Shown here in pieces: positions 1-11,788 of a stretch of DNA of 36,676 bases. Numbering within the stretch: the first letter of the stretch is position 1; each line of letters opens with the position of its first letter. This DNA comes from Chiloscyllium plagiosum (taxonomy: Eukaryota). Under the pieces are notes generated by a model. The model saw only the letters and a program-made list of their open reading frames with translations, was not told the DNA's origin and made no database searches. The position numbers were made by a program, and so were the translations under genes. Location: positions 422,288 through 458,963 of the forward strand of contig NC_057719.1 in assembly GCF_004010195.1 (NCBI RefSeq), read 5' to 3'.

Positions 1-172
1 ACAGTCCAAAGATGTGCAGGGTCAGGTGAATTGGCCATACTAAATTGCCCGTAGTGTTAGGTAAGGGGTAAATGTAGGGGTATGGGTGGGTTTCGCTTCG
101 GCGGGTCGGTGTGGACTTGTTGGGCCGAAGGGCCTGTTTCCACACTCTAAAGTAATCTAAAAAAAAAAAAAA
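1..172 (+). mobile_element. HE1-type shark SINE, 3' half with A-rich tail
   Basis: tccaaagatgtgcagg...aattggccatactaaattgccc...tgggccgaagggcctgtttcc, followed by an A run; CR1/HER1-like tail. Confidence 0.75.
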
Positions 173-625
173 TCCTCCACCGCCGCTCCCTCACCACCCA
201 ATGCCTGGAGGAAGAACACCTCAACTTCCGCCTCAGGACCCTCCAACTCCAGGGCATCAATGTGGACTTCACCAGTTTCCTCATTTCCCCTCCCCGTTCC
301 AACCTTCCATCTCAGCACTGTCCCCATGACCTGTCCTACCTGTCAATCTTCTTCCCCACCTATCCACTCCACCTTTCTCTCTGACCTATCACCTCCATCC
401 CTACCCCCATCCATCTATTGTACACTTTGCTACCTTCTCCCCAGCCCAAACCCCCCCTCCCATTTTTCTCTCCACCCGGAGGCTCCCTGCCTTCATTCCT
501 GATGACGGGCTTTTGCCTGAAATGTCGACTTTCCTGCTCCTCACCTTGCTGTGTGACCTGTTGTGCTTTTCCAGCACCACTAATCTCGACTCTGATTTCC
601 AGCATCTGCAGTCCTCACTTTTGCC
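173..625 (+). mobile_element. Penelope-like element 3' fragment (GIY-YIG C-terminus plus pLTR with decayed hammerhead core at 499-526)
   Basis: Translates to CLEEEHLNFRLRTLQLQGINVDFTSF; then CTGATGA-cgggc-tttt-gcct-GAAATGTC. Confidence 0.75.
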
Positions 626-998
626 TCAATGTTTAACGGCCTCCATTGCATTCCGTGGCAAGGAATTCTCTCTGAAATCTCTCTGACTTTCTCACTTTTT
701 TTAAGATGCACATCGAGCTTTTACTAACCCATCTTAATATCTCCATAAGTAGCTCAATTGCAAATTGTGGTCTTCCTATAAAATTTCACTTGTGGATATG
801 AGGGTTTCTGACTTGACCAGCATTTACTGTCCATCCCTAATTGCACTGCATTCTGTAACCACTTCAGTCCTGGGCAGTGCTATTTGTGGGGGAGTTCTAG
901 GGTTTTGATTCAGCGACAGCAATTGCCCTCTTGTTAAATGACTAACATTTTTAGTATTTTAAAGGCACTACATAAATGGATAATGCTGTTGTTTTTAG

Positions 999-1172
999 GT
1001 GATTTCCCATGAGATTCAGAAGCTGCTGGACATCGAGGAGCCGCTCTGGAGTCGGAGTATTTCCAAACCCCACAGAGATCCCATGGGGCTATTCTTGGAG
1101 CGCAAAGCTCCAACAGGCCAGAGAGCTGATGCACTAACACTTGAAGAATTCCTGAAGGAGATGGATGAGTGA
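999..1172 (+). CDS. SAMD15: Terminal coding exon of sterile alpha motif domain-containing protein 15 (VISHEIQKLLDIEEPLWSRSISKPHRDPMGLFLERKAPTGQRADALTLEEFLKEMDE*)
   Basis: Polypyrimidine acceptor gtttttag|GTG at 998/999, phase 0, 57 codons then TGA at 1170-1172. The translation aligns by eye to the recalled human SAMD15 C-terminus ([52 protein letters not shown]). Convergent with NOXRED1 as in human. Confidence 0.88.
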   Translation: MISHEIQKLLDIEEPLWSRSISKPHRDPMGLFLERKAPTGQRADALTLEEFLKEMDE

Positions 1173-2189
1173 ACCGCTCTGCACTCCAGATGCAAATTGG
1201 GAAGAACCTTGCCAGTTGTAAAGATTTCAAAGAAACCTCTGGCTTTTCAAAGTGGGGTCCCGAGGCATTGAGAGACCAACAAGAATGGGATTCCAGGCAG
1301 TCTGGTTATCAGATTTCTGTATTTCACAAGATGCAGTATTACGGTATTCTTGCTGCCATATCATTGTGTGTGTGTCTTTGGTCAGTGGTCTGGTCACTGA
1401 TTCTTGCCACTTGTCACCACATTTATGAATTTCTACTTCCATCATATCCTGTAATAGGGCTACACTGAATACTTCATATAAATCACAAAATCCACTGGTT
1501 CTAAATTGGGAAATATCCAGGTATTTTCAGTAAATGTAAAGTGTTTGACACCAGCAAAACTGATTCTTATACAAATGGAAACATTTTGAATTATGTGAAC
1601 ATTCTGATAGTTAACCCCAGTTATAGCAGATTGTCTGTTCAGAGGCTGTATAGAATATCCACTGTATCTCCACCTAGCTCCAATGGTAAAATCAATTACA
1701 GTACATGCACATGTTACAAGCTAAACTACCATTCGAGATCTAAAACAAATAATTTAAGTCAATGTTATAATTGTTACTGATGATAGTTAGATGCAAGTGA
1801 GGTGAGATTTGCAGTGTCAAGTGCAATTATACTCAACCAAATTCAGAAAGAGGTGCAGGTAAGGAGAGAACCCATTTCAAAATATCAGGTCCCACCACAA
1901 TTCCACTTGCCTCCCAAACTTTCCACTGTCTCTGATTTATCAGATTGCTCAGCCAACGTCCAGTCCTGCATGATCAGAAATTTTCTCCAAAATGGGAGAA
2001 TTGAAACCGGTGTCTTTGATTGTAGCCAGAAAATGGATTCCCTAAATGTGATTTCCTCCATCTCTGGGAACTATTTAAGGCTGAACCAGACTGTTTGCTG
2101 CCCTTTCCTGGAATACTTTTCTGACTACAAAGCCACCCCATTGCTAAGATTACCTATACTTTTACCTCTAACACTGGCAGATGTGGGGA

Positions 2190-2485
2190 GGTAGGGCCAT
2201 AATGGTAATGCCACTAGACTTGTCCTGAACCCTGGGCTAATGTTTTTGGGACATGGGTTTTAATCTGACCATAGTGGATTGTAAACTTTGAATTCAATTT
2301 TATTAACCAGCCTGGAATAAAAAGGTACCCTCATGGCAATCACATAATCACTGTTGATTATTGTAAATGTCACTACTGTCCTCTAGGGGAGGATATTTAC
2401 CTGGTTAGGCCTACATGTGACTCCAGATTCACAATGTGGTTGACTCTTAACTTCTGGACTAACCAGAGATGTCCACATCTTGTGA
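2190..2485 (+). mobile_element. Decayed Deu-type (SacSINE1-like) SINE
   Basis: tRNA-like head then ggcctacatgtgactccaga...tgtggttgactcttaac core, shared with copies at 6095, 18190 and 23569. Confidence 0.55.
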
Positions 2486-3419
2486 ATAACAGATTTTGAT
2501 CCTGCCTGAACTGCTCAATCTTTATCGATACATTTGTTGCCTCTGGACTTCATGACTGTAATGCTCCTGTCACTTGGCATCATCATCTACCCACCAGACA
2601 CTTGAGGCAACCCAGAACCTGGGTGGCTGTATTCTCACTTGCACCAAGTTCTGTGCACCCATCTTCCCAGTGGTCATTAACCTATGTAGGCAACTTCTCA
2701 ATTTTAAAATTCTCAGCCTCATTTTCATTCCTCTCCATGGCTTTGTATCCCTCCATATCTCTCTAAACATCTCCAACTCCACAATCCTTTCTCTGCCTTC
2801 TTTAGTTTGACTCTTTAGGCATCCCAATTATCTTCACTGCACCTATATAGATTGTACCTTTGACTACCTAGGCCCAAAGTCTGGAATACCCTCCTACTGC
2901 CACTCTGACTGAGATATGAATAGTTAATGAGGAAGCAAAGGCATGAAAGATGTAAAGATTGAAGCTTGAGCTTAGTGGAGATCTTGTACATTCTCTGTCC
3001 TTGGTAGAATTTTACCGTCCCATGTAAGGAGGCTTGGCTTCAGCCCTGACCTGACTTGCCCCATAGAGGTCAATTAATGGCCATTTCCTGCCCTGCTGCA
3101 GTTTTTAGACTGGCTGAAGATCAGGGACAGTGGAGGGGGCTGCTCCACAGGTCAGCCAGGCTTCTCTTAGAAGACTGCACCTTCCCCAGTGGCCCCTCCC
3201 TTTCTCAATCCTGCCCTCACACTGGCAGGTGCAAATCAGCCCTTACACGCCCAAAATGCTCAAGCCCAAACTCTATCACTATGGTGGGTGCCACTATTGC
3301 CTCTGTGCCAGAAGGCTGAGGGATCAATCCACATTCCAGAAATATGAGCCACACATGTGACTTTGACCCAAAACAGCATAGTTGAATCTTAACTGCCCTC
3401 TGAAGTTTCACCACAGAAC

Positions 3420-4430
3420 CAGTTCCACCACTGAACACACCAGATGGCCTCCTTCTTTAAAGACTGCAATTTCCCCTGCCACGTGGTCAACAATGCCCTC
3501 CCTGCATCTCATCCACTTCCCGCACCTCCGCCCTCGAACCCCACCTCTCCAACCGCAACAAGGACAGAACCCCCCAGTCCTCACCTTCCACCCCACCAAC
3601 TCTGTATACATTGCAACATCCTCCGCCATTTTCACCACCTACAAACGGACCCCACCACCAGAGATATATTTTCCTCTGCACCCCTATCCTCTTTCTGTAA
3701 AGACCATTCACTCTGCGACTCCCTCGTCAGGTCCGTGCCCCCACCAACCTACCCTTCCCTCCTTCGCACCTTTCCCCTGCCACCGCAGGAATTGCAAAAC
3801 CTGCGCCTACACCTCCCCCACCCCACCTCCATCCAGATCCGTTAAAGTTTTACCTGCACTTCCACATATGTCATTTAATGTATCCATTGATCCTGATGTT
3901 GTCTCCTCTACATTAGGGAGACAGGACACCTACTTGCAGAGTGCTTCAGAGAATATCTCCGGTCCACTTGCACCAATCAACCCCACTGCCCCATGGCCAG
4001 ACACTTCAACTCCCATTCATGCAGGTCCTGAGCCTCCTCCATCACCACTCCCTAACCACCTGATGCCTGGAGGAAGAATGCCTCATCTTCCGCCTCAGGA
4101 CCCTCTAACTCCATGGCATCAATGTGGATTTCACCAGTTTCCTCATTTTGCTTCCTCTTACCCTATCCCAGTTCCAACTTCCAACTCGGTACCGTCCTCA
4201 TGATCTGTCCATTTTCCTTCCCACCTATCCGCTCCACCCTCCTCTCTAACCTATCACCTTTACCCCCACCTCCATCCACCTATTGCACTCTCAGCTATCT
4301 TCACAGCCTCATTCCTGATGAAGGGCTTTTGTCCAAAATGTCGATTCCTCTGCTCCTTGGATCTTGCCTGACCTGCTGTGCTTCTCTAGCACTACAGTCT
4401 TGACTCTAGTATTTGCAGTCCTCACTTTCA
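3420..4430 (+). mobile_element. Penelope-like element, degenerate 3' ~1 kb (RT end, Cys linker, GIY-YIG end, pLTR)
   Basis: MASFFKDCNFPCHVVNNAL and PCHRRNCKTC motifs; tail homologous to 173-625; decayed hammerhead core at 4315. Confidence 0.78.
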
Positions 4431-5627
4431 CCTGCCCTCGTAAATAGTCAAGTAAGGTTGTCAGTTCAAGAGCAACAAATGAGGCTGTGACACACATATC
4501 CCATGAAGGAATAAGTTTTTAAAAAGCTAGGTTAACACCTCTCTGGTGGAGCTGAGATCTCTTAACACTATTTGAAAAAGAGCAAGGGAATTCTTCTTGT
4601 GTCCTGGCCAGAGTTACTGAGGGATCATACATTGGTTATTATTTCTGCTGCTGTTTTGTCAAGTTTCTTACCAAAGCGACTACAGTTTCAAAGTGCTCCA
4701 ACATTTGTAAATTATTTCTGTATAGATGGCTGATGTGATGAAATAAACTGGACAAAAATGTATTCTTCTGCCTCTTCCTTTTCAGGCACTGATTCATGCT
4801 TATGGTCAAAGCAAAGGTCTAGACTTCAAAAAAAAATCTTTTCTTTAATTGTGAGTTAGATTGGAACAACAGAAAGAAATACATGGAAACACTGTCCTTG
4901 TTGATCTCATTAAAATAAAGAAGCTGAAACATCTGGTATGCATTTGTTTAATTCGGTGACACTCAACAGAGACATCGAAGAGTGAATAGAATGCTGTGAA
5001 TTGTCCCCTTTCTCTGGAGCAGTCAGTCCCTGCTCCACTGTTCTCCAGGCCTTTGCTCGCTCCTGGGATACAGCTTGAGCAAACAGTGGGATGGGAGGGT
5101 GGGGGGATAGGGAATGGACAGAGATCGACTCGAAATAAAATTCCAAAAGTAATTATCTCCACTTTTACTCCGAATTCGTGAGCCAATCATCAACAACACC
5201 CAGGTGCACACTCTTTTGCTAGCGGCGCATAAAGTGGGCCTTTGCAAATGCCTAAAATCAAAGGGAAAATTTGAACTTAATCCCAATGACTAACCTTTCA
5301 TCTTACACAAAAGAGTCCCCAACTTAAGTGAGTGGCCAAAGACTCTGCAGTGACAGGTTGTGACCCAATGTGACAAGATGGGAAATTGACTGATCAGGGA
5401 AGGGGGATCTCTGGCAGCAAGAAAGAATTGGACAGATTACTAGACAGCAAAGTAAGTCATGGGTCCAGATGTATCGAATGAGATTTTTGTACTTTAGGAT
5501 TGGTCATTTAATTGCCTTCTGGAATTGTCTTTCTGATGTATAAATTCCTCTCAATGATGTGAATATGGAGCTGTGTGGCACTTGTAGCTCAATCGCCTCG
5601 CTGCTGCCCACTTCTCCTCAGACCAGA

Positions 5628-5793
5628 TCAGCGTCCACAGCAATCACTAAATTCAAGCAGTTGTTTCCTCCTTAGCAAAGACATCCGGTATATGAAGCTT
5701 AAATTTTGTTGCACGCGTGGATGTAACAAGAAGAACTTTGTAAGGGGGGTGTCTCTCATGGACACAGATGCCAGGTTGAACCAGGGGAATGGG
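5628..5793 (-). CDS. NOXRED1: Terminal coding exon of NADP-dependent oxidoreductase domain-containing protein 1 (PFPWFNLASVSMRDTPLTKFFLLHPRVQQNLSFIYRMSLLRRKQLLEFSDCCGR*)
   Basis: Minus-strand acceptor ctcttcccag|C at 5794/5793, phase 2 start, stop TGA at 5630-5628. Matches the recalled human NOXRED1 C-terminus [35 protein letters not shown]. Synteny with SAMD15 supports the call. Confidence 0.85.
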
Positions 5794-5829
5794 CTGGGAA
5801 GAGACATTTAAAGAGAAAGTAATTTAAAG

Positions 5830-6073
5830 ACCTATCACCATCATACCCCACCTTTATCTACATATCGCATTCATTGTGCCTTCCCCCCCAGCCCCACCTC
5901 CACCTCCATCCCATTTATCTTTCAGCCCCCTTGGGACCCCCCACATTCTTGATGAAGAGCTTATCCTCGCAACGTCAACTCTCCTGTTCCTCGGTGCTGC
6001 CTGACCTGCTGTGCTTTTCCAACGCCACACTTTCTGTTTCTGATCTCAAGCATCTGCAGTCCTCACTTTCTCC
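5830..6073 (+). mobile_element. Penelope-like pLTR fragment immediately upstream of the NOXRED1 acceptor
   Basis: tgctgcctgacctgctgtgcttttcca...gcatctgcagtcctcactttctcc tail, as in other copies. Confidence 0.7.
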
Positions 6074-6094
6074 TCTGTTAAACTACTGTCAAGT

Positions 6095-6305
6095 GTTGTA
6101 AAAACACACCTGGCTCACTAATATCCTTTAGGGAAGGAAATCTGCCACCCCTATCTGGTCTGGCCTACATGTAACTCCAGACCAAAATCAGTATTGCTGA
6201 CTTGTAATTACGCTCTGAAATGGCCAAGCAAGCTACTGAGTACAAGGGCACTTAAGGATGGACAATAAATGTTGGCCTTGCCAGAGATGCCCACATTACA
6301 GGAAC
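6095..6305 (+). mobile_element. Deu-type SINE 3' portion
   Basis: cctttagggaaggaaatctgcc...tggtctggcctacatgt...ggacaataaatgttggcc. Confidence 0.6.
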
Positions 6306-7401
6306 TTTAAAAAAAAAGTTAGGCAGGATGTAGTGAGGGAGGATATGAGCTATTAGCGTGTTGTTGTGATCCCAACTGAAATTACTGCTGGACAAATCTG
6401 ATCAATTTACAGTTAATCAAAATTCAGAAAAAATCCATCGCTAACAAAACAATCCCACTGAATGTTTGTCTTAACTGCTTCTTTCCCATACTAATCCCAT
6501 GAACTGTGAGGCCTTTTCTCTTGACACTCTCACAACCAAGAACTTTCTCAGTCTTTCCATAATGTATAGAGGTCTACCCAAACACAGCTGCTCTGGAAAT
6601 TTTACAAACAACACAAAAAGCATTCTGTCAGGTGCTGTACCAAACGTTAATGTGCAAGATAAGAGTTCATGGAGTTGGGGTTATAACAACGCAGGAAGCT
6701 TGATTGGAAAGGAACATAGTTTATTGGTGCACACCAAAACAGAATTATTACTCAGGGTGTAACCAGCCTGGATCAGACAGTTTTGCAGACCCATCCCGAG
6801 TATCGTTTTTTTTATTTTTCATATCCAAAGTGCTCTTACACACAACTGAATGATTTTCCCATCACTAAAACACTGACTTTTTTTTGTTGGTTTTTAACCA
6901 ACAACTGCCACCAGTAAATCTTTCAAGTAGCCAATTAGAAATCTACATGCACCGCCCATTACAGGCAATGCAAACCATCTGAGTCTGCGTTTTTCCATTT
7001 GGTTTCTAATTGTTCAGAGATATTACACACCTCTGAAGCAGATGAGACTTCAATAGTGGCCTCCTGACCCAGAGGCATGTACAGTATCACTGCCACAAGG
7101 ACCAAGATCTTTTTAAATTATCTTTAAACCCAGAAGTGTTATCACATAGAACTGAACGATTTTCCCACCTCTGAAAATTTGATTTTTTTTTAAAAACTGC
7201 TAATCACTCACAGACTCCTTTTCCAAGGGTACCTGGGCAAGAACATAACTGCTGACAGGGTCTGCTTTTTTTTAAGATTTAACCTATTTTTCTAATCAAT
7301 CAGTTCAGAGATGTTATAGCTCTGGAGTAGGTGGGACTTGAACCCAGGTCTCTTGGATTCAGGGGTAGGAACACTACCACCTCACCACAACATGATCCTT
7401 C

Positions 7402-9217
7402 ATCGAACATTACAACACAGTACAGGATCTTTGGCCCTCGATGTTGCGCCAACCTGTGAAACCAATCTGAAGCCCATCTAACTTCCACTATTCCATTTTC
7501 ATCCATATGTTTATCCAATGACCATTTAAATGACCTTAAAGTTGGCAAGTCTATTACTGTTGCAGACAGGGCATACCATGCCCTTATTACCATCTTAAAG
7601 AACCTAACTCTGATCTCTGTCCTATATCTGTCACCCCTCAATTTAAAGCCATGTCCCTCGTGCTAGTCATCACCATCAGAGGAAAAAGGGTCTCACTGTC
7701 CACCCTATCTAATCCTCTGATCATCTTTTATGTCTCTATTAAGTCACCTCTCAACCTTCTCTTTAATGAAAGCAGCCTCACATCCCTCAGCATTTCCTCA
7801 TAAGATCTTCCCTCCAGACTAGGCAACATCCTAGTAAATCTTCTCTGCACCCTTTCCAATGCTCCACATCCTTCCTATAATGTGGAGACCAGAACTGTAC
7901 GCAATACGCCAAGTGCGGCTGCACCAGGGTTTTGTACAGTTGCAAAATTACCTCGTGGCTCCAAAACTCAATCCTTCTACCAATAAAAGCTAACAGACCG
8001 TATGCTTTCTTATCAAGCCTATCAATCCGGATGGCAACTTTCAGGGATCTATGGACACCGAGATCTCTCTGCTCATCTACACTACCAAGAATCTTACCAT
8101 TAGCCCAGTACTCTGCATTCCTATTGCTCCTTCCAAAGTGAATCACCTCACACTTTTCCACATTAAACTCCATTTTCCACCTCTCAGCCCAGCTCTGCAG
8201 CTTATCTATGTCTCTCTGTAACCTGCAACATCCTTTGGCACTGTCCACAACTCCACCAATCTTAGTGTCATCCGCAAATTTACTAATCCACCTTTCTAAG
8301 CCCTCATCCAGGTCATTTATAAAAATGACCAACACCAGTGGCCCCAAAACAGATTCTTGCGGCGCATCACTAGTAACTGAACTCCAGGATAAATACTTCT
8401 CATCAACCACCACCCTCTGTGTTCTTTCAGCTAGCCAATTTCTGATCCAAACCACTAAATCATCCTTAATCCCATGCCTCTGTATTTCCTGAAGAAGGGC
8501 CTGTGCCCGAATACCCTTCACAAAACTAAGTTGACTATCCCTAATCAACTTATTCCTTTCTAGATGATTATAAATCCTATCTCTTATAATCCTTTCCAAT
8601 ACTTTACCCACAACTGAAGTAATGCTCACTGGTCTATAATTACCAGGGTTGACTCTACTCCCCTTCCTAAACAATTTGCTATCTTCCAGTCTTCTGGCAC
8701 TATTCCTCTAGGCAATGACGACATAAAGATCAAAGCCAAAGGCTCAGCATTCTCCTCCCTGGCTTCCCAGAGAATCCTAAAATAAATCCCATCCAGCCCA
8801 GGGGATTTATCCACTTTCACACTTTCCAGAATTGCTAACATCCCCTCATGAGCCTCAATCCCGTCTAATCTATTTGCCTGTATCTCAGTATTCTTCTCAA
8901 TAACATTGTCTTTTTCCAGTGTGAATACTGACACTGAAATTCATTCAGCACCTCTCCTATCTCCTCAGATTCCACACATAACATCCCACTACTCTCCTTG
9001 ACTGGCCCTAGTCTTACCCTAATCATTCTATTATTCCTGACATACCTATAGAAAGCTTCAGGATTCTCCTTAATCCTACCTGCCAAAGACTTCTCATGTC
9101 CCCTCCTGGCTCTTCTTAGCTCTCTCTTTAGGTCTTTCCTGGCTAATTTATCACTCTCAAGCACCCTAACTGAGCCTTCACGCCACATTCTAACATAAGC
9201 CTCCCCCTTCCTCTTGA
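7402..9217 (-). mobile_element. CR1 (HER1-like) LINE, 5'-truncated ORF2 plus 3' UTR, frameshifted
   Basis: PGNYRPVSITSVVGKVLE, SKFADDTK and QFWSPHYRKDV in ORFs 7787-8674, 8626-8934 and 8865-9188. Confidence 0.93.
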
Positions 9218-9769
9218 GGGACCTTCAGGGTCTGCTTAATAAAGGGCTTACGTAATAAGTTCCAGCCAGGCAGGCCATTGTCTGTTTCCAAAGAAACCCA
9301 TTCCCAACAAGTTCCACAGGGAGATTAATTATCCTTAAACGGGCCTTAAAAGGGTTATCACGTGGGTAATGCATTAGTATAATAATAGAAGTCTGGAAGG
9401 TGCCTGCCCCTCTTCCGTGGTTACATTCGAGTCCAGGTGTCTACCAACACCCTTAAGCTGTTCAGGGAGAGGTGGGCATCACAGGGAGTGGAGTGTTTTA
9501 TTTCCTCCTCCAACTCTATTTTGATTTAATCCCTGCCCTCCCCTTCACTGTTGATCACACAGCATTGCCCTTTGATGTGAAGGGCACTGTTTGTCACTGG
9601 CCACTTGGGTGTTTCCTTTCTTCCTGGTGGTGAGAAATGAATAAAGATTTATACACCTGTTGTCTTTCACTGTGTCTCACACCTGCACACGCACAACATG
9701 GGTGCTGGGGAAAATATAAGCACTACTGTTGTTAGGCGGTAGTGTAGGGGGAAATAGAAAAAAAATACA

Positions 9770-10765
9770 AGACTGGAATCAAAGAGTGGACATAAACGGG
9801 GTATTTACAAGCTGGCAGACAGTGAATGGTGGAATGGTGCAAGGATCAGGGTTGGGGCATTAGCTATTTGCAATCCACATTAATGAATAGTCAAAAAGCC
9901 TGGAAGTGATATATCTAAATTTGTTGATGATACAAAATTAGGTGGAAAGGTAAATGGGGAGGAAAGAAAGAGGCTGGAAAGAAATATGAATGAGTTAAGT
10001 GAGTGGGCAATAAGACAGCTGATGGAGTATAAAGTAGGGAGTTGTGGAGATGTCTACTTTTCGTAAGAGTAGAAAATCAGGATATTTTAAAAAAGATATG
10101 AAACTTGTATACTTTGAAATTTCAAAGCAACTTGAATGTTTCTATATGATGTAAACAGTATGTTAGCAGTTACAGCAAGCAATTTCGATGGTAAATGGCA
10201 TGTTAGCCTTTATTGCAAAAGGATTTCAGTACAGAAATAAAGAAGTCTTGCTAATATTGTACAAGATTTTGGTGAAACCACATCTGGAGTGCTGTATGCA
10301 GTTAAATAGACAATGTCTTTTCCCTGGGGTGGAGGAGTCCAGAACTCAATGGCATAGGTTTAGGGTGAGAGGAGAAAGACATAAAAGAGACCTAAGGGGC
10401 AATGTTTTCACACAGAGGATGGTGCGTGTGTGGAATGGACTGCCAGAGGATGTGGTGGAGGCTGGTACAATTGCAACATTTAAAAGGCATCTGGATAGAT
10501 ACATGAATAGGAAGGGTTTGGAGGGATATGGGCTGGGTGCTGGCATGTGGGACTAGTTGGGTTGGGATATCTGGTTGGACAGAAGGGTCTGTTTCCGTGC
10601 TGTACATCTCTATGACTCTATGACTCTAAAGGTGGTTAAATGGAAGTTCACTATATTCAACCCTGGGATGAGAGACTAGTCCTATTATGACATATTGAGT
10701 AAATTAGGCCTGTATGCACTGGAGTTTAGAGTATGAGAGGTGATTTTAATGAAACATACAAGGTT
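9770..10765 (+). mobile_element. Old degenerate CR1 RT fragment with a younger CR1 3' end (about 10300-10628) nested in it
   Basis: SKFVDDTKL-like remnant; ORF 10188-10556 LYKILVKPHLECC...FTQRMVRVWNGLP; tatgactctatgactcta tail. Confidence 0.8.
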
Positions 10766-11065
10766 CACAGAATCATGGAATCCCTTCAGTGTGGAAGCAG
10801 GCCATTTGGCCCATCAAGTCCACACTAACCATCCAAAGAGCATCCCACTCTGATTCACACCCATCCCTGTACCCTGCATTCCCCATAGCTAATCCACCTA
10901 GCCTGCACATCCCTGAACACTATGGGCAATTTAGCATGGCCAATCCACCTAACCTGGACTGTGGAAGGAAACTGGAGCACTCGGAGGAAACCCACTCAGA
11001 CACTGGGAGAATGTGCAAACTCCACACAGACAGTCACCCGAGGATGGAATCAAACCCGCGTCCCT
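10766..11065 (-). mobile_element. HE1-type SINE
   Basis: ctagcctgcacatc...gggcaatttagcatggccaatccacctaacc...gagaatgtgcaaactccacacagacagtcacccgagg. Confidence 0.8.
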
Positions 11066-11136
11066 ACCGAACGTAGCTGGGAAAGAGTGGTGCTTATGCT
11101 GATGACTGGGTGGGAAGGGAGGAAGTGAATTGTGTA

Positions 11137-11359
11137 CATTAATCCTCTCCATACCCACGGGGGTTATGTTCCAGGACCTACTCCAGAAGCCCGAAACTGC
11201 AGATAGAAGCCAACCCATTGATTTCATTGGGCAACGTAGCTTCCCAGCAGCCTTCTGGTCCCTAGTTCCGGAACGTTCCCTTTTGTATGTTCCGGCCACG
11301 GTAAACCACGGGGAAATGAAACCGTGGAAAATGATTCCGCGGAAACGGAGGTTGCCCTG
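11137..11359. mobile_element. Tc1/mariner Tigger-type MITE (MER2/MER44-like) with TA target duplication
   Basis: TA at 11135-11136 and 11360-11361; imperfect TIRs (cattaatcctctccatacccacgg / ccgcggaaacggaggttgccctg); ggggttatgttccaggacc resembles the MER2 left end. Confidence 0.65.
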
Positions 11360-11384
11360 TACATGGAAATAGTATCCAGAGATA

Positions 11385-11687
11385 CAGAGTCATAGCGTCA
11401 TAGAGATATACAGCATGGAAACAGACCCTTTGGTCCAACTCGTCCATGCCGACCAGATATTCCAACTCAATCTAGTCTCACCTGCCAGCAATTGGCCCTC
11501 CAAACCCTTCCTATTCATATACCCATCCAGATGCCTTCTAAATGTTGCAATTGTACCAGCCTCCACCATTTCCTTTGGTAGCTCATTCCATACACGCACC
11601 ACCGTCTGCATGAAAACGTTGCCCCTTAGGTCTCTTTTATATCTTTCCCCTCTCACCCTAAACCTATGCCCTCTAGTTCTGGACTTC
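11385..11687 (-). mobile_element. CR1 3' end
   Basis: ORF 11390-11725 RTRGHRFRVRGERYKRDLRGNVF; inverted homologue of 10300-10628. Confidence 0.88.
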
Positions 11688-11788
11688 TGTTCTACAGGAC
11701 CAATCTTTATAAATATTTGCATCATAAAGCAACAGACAGACTCCTGGTGAAGGCTGACTCTCTATGGATGTTTGGGAGTTGAAGCTTT

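Noticed and set aside
1130..1169. LTLEEFLKE resembling a G-alpha-binding (GBA) motif of Girdin/Daple or an EF-hand exit helix
   Set aside because: The surrounding sequence identifies SAMD15, where the recalled human equivalent is LTLSEFVK; such a short motif is likely coincidental.
3382..4203. 273-aa ORF as a novel gene
   Set aside because: A frameshifted mosaic of a degenerate Penelope ORF.
4910..5146. Minus-strand ORF that looks like a terminal exon
   Set aside because: Lies downstream of the NOXRED1 stop codon, has no recognisable homology, and is likely UTR or intergenic.
6492..6592. Possible minus-strand exon (EQLCLGRPLYIMERLRKFLVVRVSREKASQFMGL)
   Set aside because: Ends in phase 0, incompatible with the phase-2 NOXRED1 last exon; weak donor; no recognisable homology.
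9547..9760. Probable interspersed repeat (possibly a LINE 3' UTR with AATAAA)
   Set aside because: Cannot be classified or bounded from this window alone.
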